Below are positions 1-9,347 of a stretch of 64,000 bases of DNA, one piece after another (position 1 is the first letter of the stretch; every line of letters starts with the position of its first letter). The translations under genes and the position numbers were made by a program. This DNA comes from Truepera sp. (lineage in GTDB: Bacteria; Deinococcota; Deinococci; Deinococcales; Trueperaceae). Under the pieces are notes generated by a model. It made no database searches. It worked only from the letters and a program-made list of their open reading frames with translations, and had not been told where the DNA came from. The stretch is taken from assembly GCA_965218435.1 (NCBI GenBank), contig CBDCKW010000009.1, forward strand, positions 1,952,001 to 2,016,000, in the 5' to 3' direction.

Positions 1-120
1 GGGCAGCGTGACCGGCTCGACTGGGTAGGGCGTATCGTAGACAGAAGGCGCACAGGCGCTGAGGGTAACGAGCAGCACCGAACAAAGAGATAGAAGAGAG
101 TGTAGACGCAAACGGTTCAT
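1..120 (-). CDS. Lipoprotein, N-terminal part only (runs off window start)
   Basis: Manual translation MNRLRLHSLLSLCSVLLVTLSACAPSVY; LSAC lipobox; TACGCT-N5-ATG leaderless start. Confidence 0.7.
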   Translation of the reverse strand, partial: MNRLRLHSLLSLCSVLLVTLSACAPSVYDTPYPVEPVTLP

Positions 121-204
121 ACCCCAGCGTAAAAGAAACAGGCGCGGCAGGTCGTAACGCCCGGTTGCAAACCGTTCTCAGAAGGCCGGGCTATAGTAGA
201 GGTT

Positions 205-1056
205 ATGCACAGAACGCACAGATTTCTACTTGTTTGCTCGAGTCTCATTTTGGCCAGCGCGTTGGCTCAACCCGCACCCAAAGCTGCCCCTGAAATCCCG
301 GAGGGCTATACCGCCGTCCCCTTTTTGTCGCAAAAGCCCGAGCGAGAGTTCTCTAAAGCTGACAAGGTACTAAAGCCGGATACAGATTACGCGGCGGTGC
401 TGCAAACGAACAAAGGCACGCTGGTACTAGACCTGTTTGAAGATAAAGCTCCCCAAACCGTCAACAACTTCGTCTTTTTGGCGCTGCATCATTTTTACGA
501 CGGCGTGGTTTTTCACCGGGTGTTAGACGGCTTTATGGCGCAGACCGGCGACCCGACCGGCACCGGGACGGGCGGCCCCGGTTACGCCTTTAACGATGAG
601 ATTGCAGACGGCCTGAGCTTTGACAAGGCGGGCGTGGTGGCGATGGCGAACGCAGGACCTAACACCAACGGGTCACAGTTTTTTATCACCTTTGCGGCGG
701 CTCCCTGGTTAGACGGCGGGTACTCGATCTTTGGCGCTTTGCTGAGTGGCGAGAACGTGCTCGGTAAGCTCGAGCGCATTGACCCGTCTTCAGCCGACCC
801 CGCGCACATCTTTTCACCTGATGACGCACTCGCTAAAGTGCGAGCGGGCGGCGTCGCGCTACCCGAAAATGTGAAGGGAACGCTGAGGGCTTACCTCGAG
901 CAACAGCTTGGAAGTATGCCCCAGGCCGGTGAACGTTTCGAGGTCGGCGGCTATACTGGCGTGGTTGGTCGGCAGGGCAGCGAAACGCTGGTCGGCTTTT
1001 ACGCGAAACCCGACGTGATGAAAGCTGTGACTATCGTCGAAAAACCCACGCCATAA
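205..1056 (+). CDS. Secreted cyclophilin-type peptidyl-prolyl isomerase with C-terminal insertion
   Basis: Signal peptide (ALA-Q); [22 protein letters not shown] and MANAGPNTNGSQFFIT motifs; TATAGT-N7-ATG. Confidence 0.93.
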   Translation: MHRTHRFLLVCSSLILASALAQPAPKAAPEIPEGYTAVPFLSQKPEREFSKADKVLKPDTDYAAVLQTNKGTLVLDLFEDKAPQTVNNFVFLALHHFYDGVVFHRVLDGFMAQTGDPTGTGTGGPGYAFNDEIADGLSFDKAGVVAMANAGPNTNGSQFFITFAAAPWLDGGYSIFGALLSGENVLGKLERIDPSSADPAHIFSPDDALAKVRAGGVALPENVKGTLRAYLEQQLGSMPQAGERFEVGGYTGVVGRQGSETLVGFYAKPDVMKAVTIVEKPTP

Positions 1057-1076
1057 ATTAATTTACGTTGTAAGGA

Positions 1077-1646
1077 GTGAATATGGACAATACCCAAACA
1101 GGCTACGTCGAGGCTGAACCCTTAAGCCAGGAACGCAAACCCAAGTTTAGCAAACCCGAACAGGTTTTGGAGTCGGGCAAAGATTACCGCGCTGTGATCG
1201 AAACGAACAAGGGCCGGATCGTCGTTGATCTGTTTCAAGACGACGCGCCCGAAACGGTCAACAACTTCGTCTTTTTGGCCCGCAACGGTTACTACGACGG
1301 CATCGTCTTTCATAGGGTGCTCGAGGACTTTATGGCGCAAACCGGCGACCCGACGGGTTCGGGGCGCGGCGGACCGGGCTACGAATTCGGGGATGAGACC
1401 GATAACGGCCGCTCACATACGGGTAAGGGCGTCTTGTCAATGGCCAACGCCGGACCCGGTACCAACGGGTCGCAGTTCTTTCTGACCTTCATCCCAACGC
1501 CGTGGTTAGACGGTAAACACACCGTCTTTGGTCAAGTGATTGATGGCTTAGACGTGTTGGATAAGCTGCAACGTATCGACCCGATGCGCCCGTCCGGAAC
1601 GAAACCTGACGTGATGGAGCGCGTGACGATTTTAGAGCGCGCCTGA
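1077..1646 (+). CDS. Cyclophilin-type peptidyl-prolyl isomerase, cytoplasmic
   Basis: [37 protein letters not shown]; the start may be the ATG at 1083 after AAGGAG. Confidence 0.95.
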   Translation: MNMDNTQTGYVEAEPLSQERKPKFSKPEQVLESGKDYRAVIETNKGRIVVDLFQDDAPETVNNFVFLARNGYYDGIVFHRVLEDFMAQTGDPTGSGRGGPGYEFGDETDNGRSHTGKGVLSMANAGPGTNGSQFFLTFIPTPWLDGKHTVFGQVIDGLDVLDKLQRIDPMRPSGTKPDVMERVTILERA

Positions 1647-1651
1647 ACACC

Positions 1652-2152
1652 GTGCAGGTCGGGGGCGTCCACTTTTACGAGCCGGGTACGCTACAAGACG
1701 GGCTGCTGACGCTCATCTTACGGCGCACCTATAAGGGGAGCCGCCCCCTCGGGCTGGCTCCTAACTACGCGTTTGCCATGACGCACGCCGAAACGGGCGC
1801 ACATATGGGCGACATTGATCTGCGGCTCAGCAACGAGCACTACATCACCCACTACGCGGGGCATATCGGGTACGGCGTTGACCGCCCCTACCGGGGTCAG
1901 CACTACGCGGCGCGGGCGTGCCGTTTACTTTTACCCCTTGCCAAAAAACACGGGCTCGAGCCCCTGTGGATCACCTGTGACCCCGACAACCTGGCTTCGC
2001 GTAAAACCTGTGAGGCTGTGGGCGCAACCCTTGAGGAGATCGTCTCGGTACCGCCCGGTAGCGACCTCTTTCGGCGCGGCGAACGGGAAAAGTGCCGCTA
2101 CCGCGTAGACCTCAGTACGGTTGCTTTAGATTCGGCTTTAGACGACGCTTAA
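1652..2152 (+). CDS. GNAT family acetyltransferase
   Basis: GHIGYGVDRPYRGQHYA motif A; ITCDPDNLASRKTCE. Confidence 0.85.
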   Translation: MQVGGVHFYEPGTLQDGLLTLILRRTYKGSRPLGLAPNYAFAMTHAETGAHMGDIDLRLSNEHYITHYAGHIGYGVDRPYRGQHYAARACRLLLPLAKKHGLEPLWITCDPDNLASRKTCEAVGATLEEIVSVPPGSDLFRRGEREKCRYRVDLSTVALDSALDDA

Positions 2153-2333
2153 ACGCTCCGCTAAGTTTTACCAGTTTTTCTAGCGGACAAAGCCGGTGTA
2201 CAGGAAAAAGTCGGTGCGGTGCCGCGGTCTCTACTTCGGTTGAACCGGGTCAAGTCACGTTCGGGCCAATGTGTAGGTCAGCACACACGCCCGCCTGCTT
2301 ATAGCAGCCTAGCCTTAACGCGGGAGGTTAACG

Positions 2334-2951
2334 GTGAAAATCGGGATTATCGGTGCAGGACATATCGGCAGCACTCTGGCAAAACTGTTTGCGGTTGCCG
2401 GGCATGAGGTCGCGCTCAGCAATTCGCGCGGCCCCGAAACGCTCTCAGAAACTGTGCTAGACATCGGCTACGGCGTGATTGCAGCGACCGCCGAAGAAGC
2501 GGCGACGTTTGGCGATGTGGCGCTCGAGGCCGTCCCCTTTGGTCATTACCAAGAGCTGCCTGCAGACGCGCTCACAGGTAAAGTCGTGATGAGCGCCTCG
2601 AACTACTACCCGGAACGCGACGGGGAGATTGACCTGCACGGCCTGACCCAAACGGGTTTGGTTGCCGAGCATCTTAAAGATTCAGCGGTTGTCAAGGCGT
2701 TTAACACGATCTTTTGGCAAGACCTGCGTGACCAAGGTGACGCCAGCAGACCGTTAGCTGAGCGCCGCGCTATCTTTATTGCTGGAGATGACGAGAACGC
2801 CAAGACGCTCGTCACTGAGCTGATCGAAGGGCTCGGTTTTGCGGCCGTAGCTACCGGCAGCTTGGCGGAGAGTGCGGTGCAAGAACCCGGTTCAGCGGTC
2901 TATACCAAAGACCTTACAGCGGCAGACGCCCGCGATATGCTCGAGCACTAA
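2334..2951 (+). CDS. NADP oxidoreductase, F420-dependent-like (F420_oxidored family)
   Basis: GIIGAGHIG Rossmann motif, SNSRGPE, VVKAFNT, IAGDD; GGAGG RBS. Confidence 0.88.
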   Translation: MKIGIIGAGHIGSTLAKLFAVAGHEVALSNSRGPETLSETVLDIGYGVIAATAEEAATFGDVALEAVPFGHYQELPADALTGKVVMSASNYYPERDGEIDLHGLTQTGLVAEHLKDSAVVKAFNTIFWQDLRDQGDASRPLAERRAIFIAGDDENAKTLVTELIEGLGFAAVATGSLAESAVQEPGSAVYTKDLTAADARDMLEH

Positions 2952-2993
2952 AGTGATGCGGCGTACGCTGCTACCGAAGGGTTAAGCTGCAGT

Positions 2994-3983
2994 GTGAGTG
3001 ACATAAAGACCGTCCCAACGCGTAGACCTCAAGGAGCCCCCGGCGAGCTCCCACCGGACGCGAGTTCCAAGCCAAACCCTGACCTCGGCTTCGGGACGGT
3101 GGTCTCACGAAGAAGTCGCAACCGGCTCCTCAACCGCGACGGCAGCTTTAACGTCCGGCGCGAAGGGCTCGGACCGGCGTCGGCGCTGAGCCCGTACTAC
3201 TCCCTCCTGACGATGCCGTGGTGGGGGTTTTTTCTGGTCGTTTCGCTGTCGTACTTGCTAATTAATATCTTGTTCGCCGCCGCCTACGTCTTATCTGGCC
3301 CCGGTGCGCTCAGCCATATCGGGGCTAGAGCGCCGGGAGGCGTGTTCGTTCAGGCGTTTTTCTTTAGTGTGCAGACGTTCGGCTCGATCGGTTACGGCCG
3401 TATCGCGCCGCTGAGTTTGGCCGCCAACTGGCTCGTTGTACTCGAGGCGCTGGCCGGACTTTTCGGTCTGGCCCTCGCTACCGGCATCATCTTCGCCCGT
3501 TTTTCGCGGCCTACTGCCAAGATCATCTTTAGTCGTCAAGCCGTCGTCGCGCCCTACCACGGCGCGACCGGCTTTATGTTTCAGGTTGTCAATCCGCGCC
3601 GCAGCCAGCTGATCCGGCTGAACGCCGAGGTGACCTTGAGCGTTTTTAACCCGGAAGAAAAAAGTCGCGACTTTTATCCGCTAAAGCTCGAGCGCGATCA
3701 GGTGACCTTTTTTCCGCTGACTTGGACCGTCGTCCATCCGATTGATCAGGAGAGCCCACTATACGGCCTGAGCGACGCTGACTTACACGGGCTGAACGCC
3801 GAGTTTCTCGTCTTGCTGACCGGATTTGACGAGACTTTTTCGCAAACCGTTCACGTGCGCTCTTCTTATATCGCTAAAGAGGTCGTTTGGAACGCCAAAT
3901 TTACCAGTGTTTTTAACACCGAGCAAAAAGATGGACAGGTGACTATCGATGTCAGAAAGCTTAACGAACTCGAGCGGCTTTAG
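2994..3983 (+). CDS. Inward-rectifier potassium channel (KirBac family)
   Basis: RDGSFNV, two TM helices, filter FFSVQTFGSIGYG, FARFSRP, WTVVHPIDQESPL. Confidence 0.92.
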   Translation: MSDIKTVPTRRPQGAPGELPPDASSKPNPDLGFGTVVSRRSRNRLLNRDGSFNVRREGLGPASALSPYYSLLTMPWWGFFLVVSLSYLLINILFAAAYVLSGPGALSHIGARAPGGVFVQAFFFSVQTFGSIGYGRIAPLSLAANWLVVLEALAGLFGLALATGIIFARFSRPTAKIIFSRQAVVAPYHGATGFMFQVVNPRRSQLIRLNAEVTLSVFNPEEKSRDFYPLKLERDQVTFFPLTWTVVHPIDQESPLYGLSDADLHGLNAEFLVLLTGFDETFSQTVHVRSSYIAKEVVWNAKFTSVFNTEQKDGQVTIDVRKLNELERL

Positions 3984-4226
3984 CTGATTGTAAATATAGA
4001 AATTGTGATGGACCAAAACCCTGCAAAGCCCCGGTACATAGCGGCTCCTAGCCGGGCCACAGGTTGTTTCAGAGCCTCAGTGGTAGGGGCGTCGCGGTCA
4101 ACGCTACAGTTCATGTCGTTGCTTTAGCCGCGCTGTCCCCAACGCTGAGCCCCACTGATTTACGATATTTTTGCAGGAGTACGTCAATTGAACCGTTTGC
4201 TGTTTCTGCTGAGCTGAAGTCCAACT

Positions 4227-4387
4227 GGTTGTGTTGACACTTACGCTTATCATCCTGCTTTAAGTACGTGAGAAACGCTGGTTTCGCTATCTAGCACCCA
4301 CTTTCCTACGCCTTGCGACTTCATGCTTACTTTCGTACTCCACGCTGCCAATAACTCTCGCTGAGTTTAGAAGGTCAACACAACCTA
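4227..4387. mobile_element. MITE-like dispersed repeat, copy A, with perfect 12-bp terminal inverted repeat
   Basis: GGTTGTGTTGAC (4227-4238) and GTCAACACAACC (4374-4385); homologous to 50644-50784 and, reversed, ~57641-57761. Confidence 0.65.
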
Positions 4388-4774
4388 GAAACAGTGCCGG
4401 ATACGCCCTGAAAAAGACGCTCTAGGCAGCCTTTTTACTAAAGTCGCTTAGTACACGACAAAAAATAGTTTTACGAATCTGAACGGGCTATTCAGCCCTC
4501 TGAAAAGTAGCGTTCATGTCCCCCGAGACTGCTGTTTAGGACGATGTTAAAAGTGATTTACCTGATTATGCAGACGAAAATCCTTTTTTCGGGCTTATAC
4601 AACAATCACGTTCTGGACAAGGTTTCTAAAGAATTGTCGTGTACTCGGCTAAAGTCGTTAAACCCATCGCCTCGCTTCTTGCTCCGTTACAGCTATACCT
4701 CTGCTGTACCTCTTGTGTTACATTGACCCTACGATGTCTTTTCCCAAATATCAGACGACCCGGAGGAGCAAGGT

Positions 4775-5791
4775 ATGAGACGTGTAGGAATCGTAGGGGC
4801 AGGGCTGATCGGCAGCTGGCACGCCGAACGCTGGAAAAACTTGCCGGTTGAACTCGTCGGCTTTTACGACCACACTTTGAAACATGCCGAACGCGCCGCC
4901 GAGCAGTTTGGCGGGCAGGCGTTTTCTAGTTTGGATGAGCTTCTAGGGGCCGTTGACTTAGTTGACGTGTGTACCCCGACCTACGCCCACAAAGAAGGCG
5001 TGCTGGCAGCGGCAGCAGCGGGTAAAGACATTATCTGCGAAAAACCGATTGCGCGGCATCTCAAAGACGCTGAAGAGATGATCCAAGCGTGCGAAACGGC
5101 GGGCGTGCCGCTCTTTATCGCCCATGTGGTGCGCTTTTTTCCGCAATACGAAACGGCGAAAGCCTTGCAAGACAGTGGCGACCTCGGGCGTCCGGGTGTG
5201 CTGAGAACAGTGCGGGCCGGGAGCTTTCCGCGGACCGACCCGGACACCTGGTACAACAGCTTCGAGCAGGGCGGCGGCGTGGTGATGGATTTATCCATTC
5301 ACGATCTCGATTTTGCCCACTGGCTTTACGGCGAGGTCGAACGAGTGTTCGCGCACGGCCTGACGTTTTCCGGTGAGAGTATGCGCGACCAGTCGCTGAT
5401 TACGCTTCGGTTTAAGAACGGGGCGATTGGACATATTGAAGGGAGCTGGGCGTCGCCACCGGGACAATTTGTCACGTCGCTCGAGGTCGCCGGGGAAGGC
5501 ACCCTGCTCGAGTGGAGCGGCAGCGAGCCGCCGCCCTTTATCCTGCAAGTTGACGTAGCTAAAACCGGTGACGAGAAGATTCCGGGTTCGGATAATCCGC
5601 TCGTACCGACCGATGACCCCTATTACAAAGAGCTGAAGCATGTGTTGCACTGCCTAGATACCGGAGAGCCCTTTCTCGTCTCACCGCAAGACGGCCTGAT
5701 GGCGCTCAAGCTTTCGCTCGCAGCGATTGCTTCAGTCAAAACAGGGCAACCCGTTACAGTAGACACGTTTATCGAAGAGGTACTCGCATGA
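4775..5791 (+). CDS. Gfo/Idh/MocA family oxidoreductase
   Basis: GIVGAGLIG, ICEKP, GGVVMDLSIHDLD. Confidence 0.93.
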   Translation: MRRVGIVGAGLIGSWHAERWKNLPVELVGFYDHTLKHAERAAEQFGGQAFSSLDELLGAVDLVDVCTPTYAHKEGVLAAAAAGKDIICEKPIARHLKDAEEMIQACETAGVPLFIAHVVRFFPQYETAKALQDSGDLGRPGVLRTVRAGSFPRTDPDTWYNSFEQGGGVVMDLSIHDLDFAHWLYGEVERVFAHGLTFSGESMRDQSLITLRFKNGAIGHIEGSWASPPGQFVTSLEVAGEGTLLEWSGSEPPPFILQVDVAKTGDEKIPGSDNPLVPTDDPYYKELKHVLHCLDTGEPFLVSPQDGLMALKLSLAAIASVKTGQPVTVDTFIEEVLA

Positions 5792-6780
5792 CGGAGACAA
5801 AAACAAGTCCAAAAATTGGCATGATCAGCTTTGCTCACATGCACGCGCTGAGTTACGCGAACGCGCTGCAAACTCTGGGCGTCGGGATTGCTGGGATTTA
5901 CGACGACGCGGCAAGGGCTAAGGAGATGGCGGAGAACTTCGGCACGCAGGTGTTCAGTTCATTGGACGAGCTTTTTGCTGCCAATTTAGAAGGCGTGATC
6001 ATCTGTTCGGAAAACAGCAACCACCGCGAGCACGTTCTGGCAGCAGCGGGTAAAGTCCCGAATATCTTGTGCGAAAAGCCCATCGCTACGACGGTAGAAG
6101 CTGCTCAGGCAATGATTTCAGCGTGCGAACAAGCCGGGAGCAAATTGCAGATTGCGTTTCCGGTACGGTTTGCGCCGCCGGTTCAAAAACTCAAAGCGGT
6201 TTTAGACGAGGGCACGTTAGGCCGCCTCATCAGCGCAAAATGCACCAACCACGGGAAGATGCCCGGGGGCTGGTTTATTGACCGGGAGAAGGCGGGCGGC
6301 GGCGCGGTCATGGACCACACCGTCCACATCATTGACGTGCTGCGCTGGGCTTTAGACACAGAAGTCACCGAGGTCTACGCCGAAGTCGGCCACGGGCTGT
6401 TGCACGAGACCGACATAGATGACGCCGGGATGCTCTCGTTTAGACTGGAGAACGGCGTGTACGGCACGCTCGATACGAGCTGGTCACGACCCGACACGTA
6501 TCCAACCTGGGGCGACGTGACGATAGAGATTTTGGGTGAACGCGGGATAGCCACAGTTGACGCCTTTGACCAGAAGCTGACCTTGACCTCGGCACCGGCC
6601 CAAAAAACCGAGTGGATACCGTGGGGAAGCGACGCCGACTTGGGACTCGTCAAAGACTTTGTTGAGATGATCGAAACGGGCCGTGAACCCTCGATTACCG
6701 GTCAAGACGGCCTGAAAGCACTGGAAGTGGCGCTCGCCGCGTACCGCTCAGCTAACGAAACCAAACCCGTTGCACTGTAA
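5788..6780 (+). CDS. Gfo/Idh/MocA family oxidoreductase
   Basis: LCEKP, GGAVMDHTVH; ATGA-coupled to the previous gene. Confidence 0.93.
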   Translation: MTETKTSPKIGMISFAHMHALSYANALQTLGVGIAGIYDDAARAKEMAENFGTQVFSSLDELFAANLEGVIICSENSNHREHVLAAAGKVPNILCEKPIATTVEAAQAMISACEQAGSKLQIAFPVRFAPPVQKLKAVLDEGTLGRLISAKCTNHGKMPGGWFIDREKAGGGAVMDHTVHIIDVLRWALDTEVTEVYAEVGHGLLHETDIDDAGMLSFRLENGVYGTLDTSWSRPDTYPTWGDVTIEILGERGIATVDAFDQKLTLTSAPAQKTEWIPWGSDADLGLVKDFVEMIETGREPSITGQDGLKALEVALAAYRSANETKPVAL

Positions 6781-6803
6781 GCTCACTTTTTGAAAGGAAA
6801 ACT

Positions 6804-7643
6804 ATGACCACTTTACGCCTCGGCGTCTCCTCGTACTCGTACTGGCACTTCGTCCCAGAAAAGGTTCCGCTTTCGGTCATTGTAGATAAAGCTGCCGACT
6901 CGGGGGTGATGGGGCTCGAGATTCTCCACCAGCAGCTCGAGAGTGAATCAAACAGCTATCTGCAAGACATCAAACGCCAAGCGTTTCGGCGTGGGCTGGC
7001 GCTCTACAACCTCGGCACGTCGCAAAACTTTATCGCTAAAGAGCAATCTGAGCGGCAAGAGCAGGTCGCGCACACGAAGCACTGTATTGACCTCGCGCAC
7101 GCACTCGGGGTGCCATCTATCCGGGTGAACGCCGGAACGTGGCAGTATCCCGGTGGGCCGGGGCTGGTTGAAAGCAAAGGTTGGACGCAGCCGTGGGACG
7201 GCTTCAGCGACGAGGACGGGTTTACCTGGGCTATCGAAGGTTTGGGCGCGTGCGTAGACTACGCTAAAGAGCAGGGCGTGATGCTCCTCTTGGAGAACCA
7301 CTGGGGTCTCACGACGACTGCGGCGGGGATGCTCCGGGTGTTAGAAGGCGTCAATTCGCCATGGCTCCGCGCAATTTTAGATATGGGAAACTTCTACTAC
7401 GACGGCGATATGTACGGGCCGATGGAGCGGGTTGCGCCGTATGTAGATTTGGCGCACGCGAAGACGTATCCGGGCGGCGGCTTGGTGTTTACGATTGATA
7501 TAGATTTTGCCCGCGTTTTCCGCATTCTGAAAAATGCCGGGTTTCAGGGGTACGTTTCGGTGGAGATGGAAGGCAAAGAGCACGCGGATACGGCGGTGCC
7601 GAAGAGTATTGAGGTGTTAGAAGAAGCGTGGGCAGAGTCTTAG
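6804..7643 (+). CDS. Sugar phosphate isomerase/epimerase (xylose-isomerase-like TIM barrel)
   Basis: LENHWG, LDMGN, HAK, GYVSVEMEG metal ligands. Confidence 0.9.
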   Translation: MTTLRLGVSSYSYWHFVPEKVPLSVIVDKAADSGVMGLEILHQQLESESNSYLQDIKRQAFRRGLALYNLGTSQNFIAKEQSERQEQVAHTKHCIDLAHALGVPSIRVNAGTWQYPGGPGLVESKGWTQPWDGFSDEDGFTWAIEGLGACVDYAKEQGVMLLLENHWGLTTTAAGMLRVLEGVNSPWLRAILDMGNFYYDGDMYGPMERVAPYVDLAHAKTYPGGGLVFTIDIDFARVFRILKNAGFQGYVSVEMEGKEHADTAVPKSIEVLEEAWAES

Positions 7644-7720
7644 TCACCGTAACGCCGTAGAGCATAGGGTTCTGCGCCCGCAACAGATAGCTCTACGACT
7701 TGTTACGTTAAAATACTGCT

Positions 7721-7999
7721 GTGAATTTCAGGTGGGACGCCCGTAAAGAAACATCAAATGAGCTAAAGCACGGCGTCACCTTTGAAGAGGCAAAAACGGT
7801 TTTCGACAACCCTCTTGCTGTCATTTTTGGGGACGAAGAACATTCAGCAGATGAAGCAAGGCAGATTATTGTGGGTCACTCCCGGCGTAACCGTATACTG
7901 GTCATCAGCTTTACTGAAAGGTCGAGGGCTGTTCGTATCATCAGCGCACGCCTGGCCACTGGAAAGGAGCAAAAAGACTATGAAGAAACCCTCGCCTGA
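7721..7999 (+). CDS. BrnT-family toxin
   Basis: FRWD..K...N..KHGVTFEEA..VF and RIISAR.AT..E...YE; TAAAAT-N6-GTG. Confidence 0.9.
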   Translation: MNFRWDARKETSNELKHGVTFEEAKTVFDNPLAVIFGDEEHSADEARQIIVGHSRRNRILVISFTERSRAVRIISARLATGKEQKDYEETLA

Positions 8000-8198
8000 A
8001 GATGATTTGCTACCTGAATACGACTTCGACTATACCAAAGCAAAACCCAACCGCTTCGCTTCGGACACCTCTCGGCGAACTGTCGCCGTACTTGATGAAG
8101 AGTTGTCAAAAGTTTTTACGACCACAGAAGCCGTCAACAAGGCTTTACGTGCGCTTGTCGAGGCTATCCCAGCACAATCCGATAAAGACGCAGCCTAG
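7980..8198 (+). CDS. BrnA-like antitoxin
   Basis: DDLLPEYDFDY..AKPNRFA; LDEELSKVF...EAVNKALRAL; overlaps the toxin 3' end. Confidence 0.82.
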   Translation: MKKPSPEDDLLPEYDFDYTKAKPNRFASDTSRRTVAVLDEELSKVFTTTEAVNKALRALVEAIPAQSDKDAA

Positions 8199-8235
8199 AA
8201 CCGCAATTTGCCAATCAAATGACTCGGCAACACCC

Positions 8236-9318
8236 TTAAAAGTCTGGAGTCGCCAACGCTTCCGGCCTTTTACACCGGCTACTTATCGTCACCGTCTGCC
8301 CGGTTTCAGCAGCTTCGAGCGTCGCCAGCATGACCTCGAGCCCATGTAGCGCAAAGCGCCCATCGGCCCGGTGCGGTCTCCCCTGTTCAATAGCTGAGAC
8401 CAAATCTGCTAAGGCCAAGCCCCAACCGGACTCGAGGGTGTCAAACCGGTGGACGAGCGGTTCCTCCCGCCAGGTTTTTTCGCCCGCTTCACGCACCCGC
8501 ACCGGCCCGTCCATCGCGTTGGGCGCGGCCAAACTGAGGGTGCCGTCCGCGCCGTAAACCTCAAATTTGGGCTGCTCGGTGGCCCAGACATCGAACGAAG
8601 TCGTCAGCGTGCCGATAACGCCGCTTTCAAATTCCAACGTGCTGACGATATGCGTCGGCGTCGTGACTTTGAACGTTGTGCCAGCGAGCGGCTGGGAGGT
8701 AATCGTGCGTTCCGGGAAACTGATGCGGCTCATCCCGGCGACGTGCGCGACCGGCCCCAAAAGCGCGACGAGCGCCGCGACGTAGTACGGCCCGATGTCA
8801 AACATCGGGCCAGCACCGGGTTCGTAAAAAAATGCCGGGTTCGGGTGCCACGTTTCCATCCCGTGACTGAGCATCGCCGCGTGAAAGGCGACGGGTAGAC
8901 CGATGGCAGACTCGTCCAGGAGTTTACGGCAGGTTTGCACTGCCGCACCTAAAAAGGTCGAGGGGGCACACGCAACGCGCAAACCCTTAGCGTCAGCCAG
9001 CTCGAGCAACCCCTGAGCATCCTCTAGCGACGTAGCAAGCGGTTTTTCGCTGTAGACGTGTTTGCCCGCTTCCAGCACCGCTTTAGAAACCGCCGCGTGG
9101 ACTTGCGGCACGGTTAAATTGACGATAACTTCGATTTCGGGATGCTCGAGCAGTTCAGAGACCGGCAGAACTTCAGGGATGTTGAACTCGGCGGCTCTGG
9201 CCCGCGCCACGTCCATATCGAGGTCGCTGCAGGCGATGAACTCGAGCTCCGGAAAATACTTTGCCGCCCGAAAGTAGAACGGGCTGATGTTGCCACAACC
9301 GATCACACCTAGTTTCAC
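8236..9318 (-). CDS. Gfo/Idh/MocA family oxidoreductase
   Basis: GVIGCGNIS, HVYSEKP, GPMFDIGPYY. Confidence 0.93.
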   Translation of the reverse strand: MKLGVIGCGNISPFYFRAAKYFPELEFIACSDLDMDVARARAAEFNIPEVLPVSELLEHPEIEVIVNLTVPQVHAAVSKAVLEAGKHVYSEKPLATSLEDAQGLLELADAKGLRVACAPSTFLGAAVQTCRKLLDESAIGLPVAFHAAMLSHGMETWHPNPAFFYEPGAGPMFDIGPYYVAALVALLGPVAHVAGMSRISFPERTITSQPLAGTTFKVTTPTHIVSTLEFESGVIGTLTTSFDVWATEQPKFEVYGADGTLSLAAPNAMDGPVRVREAGEKTWREEPLVHRFDTLESGWGLALADLVSAIEQGRPHRADGRFALHGLEVMLATLEAAETGQTVTISSRCKRPEALATPDF

Positions 9319-9347
9319 CTAAATCTCCTTTACACTCCACATAATCT

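Noticed and set aside
4544..4851. ORFs of 60-70 aa upstream of the Gfo operon
   Set aside because: AT-rich promoter-like sequence with no protein-like features.
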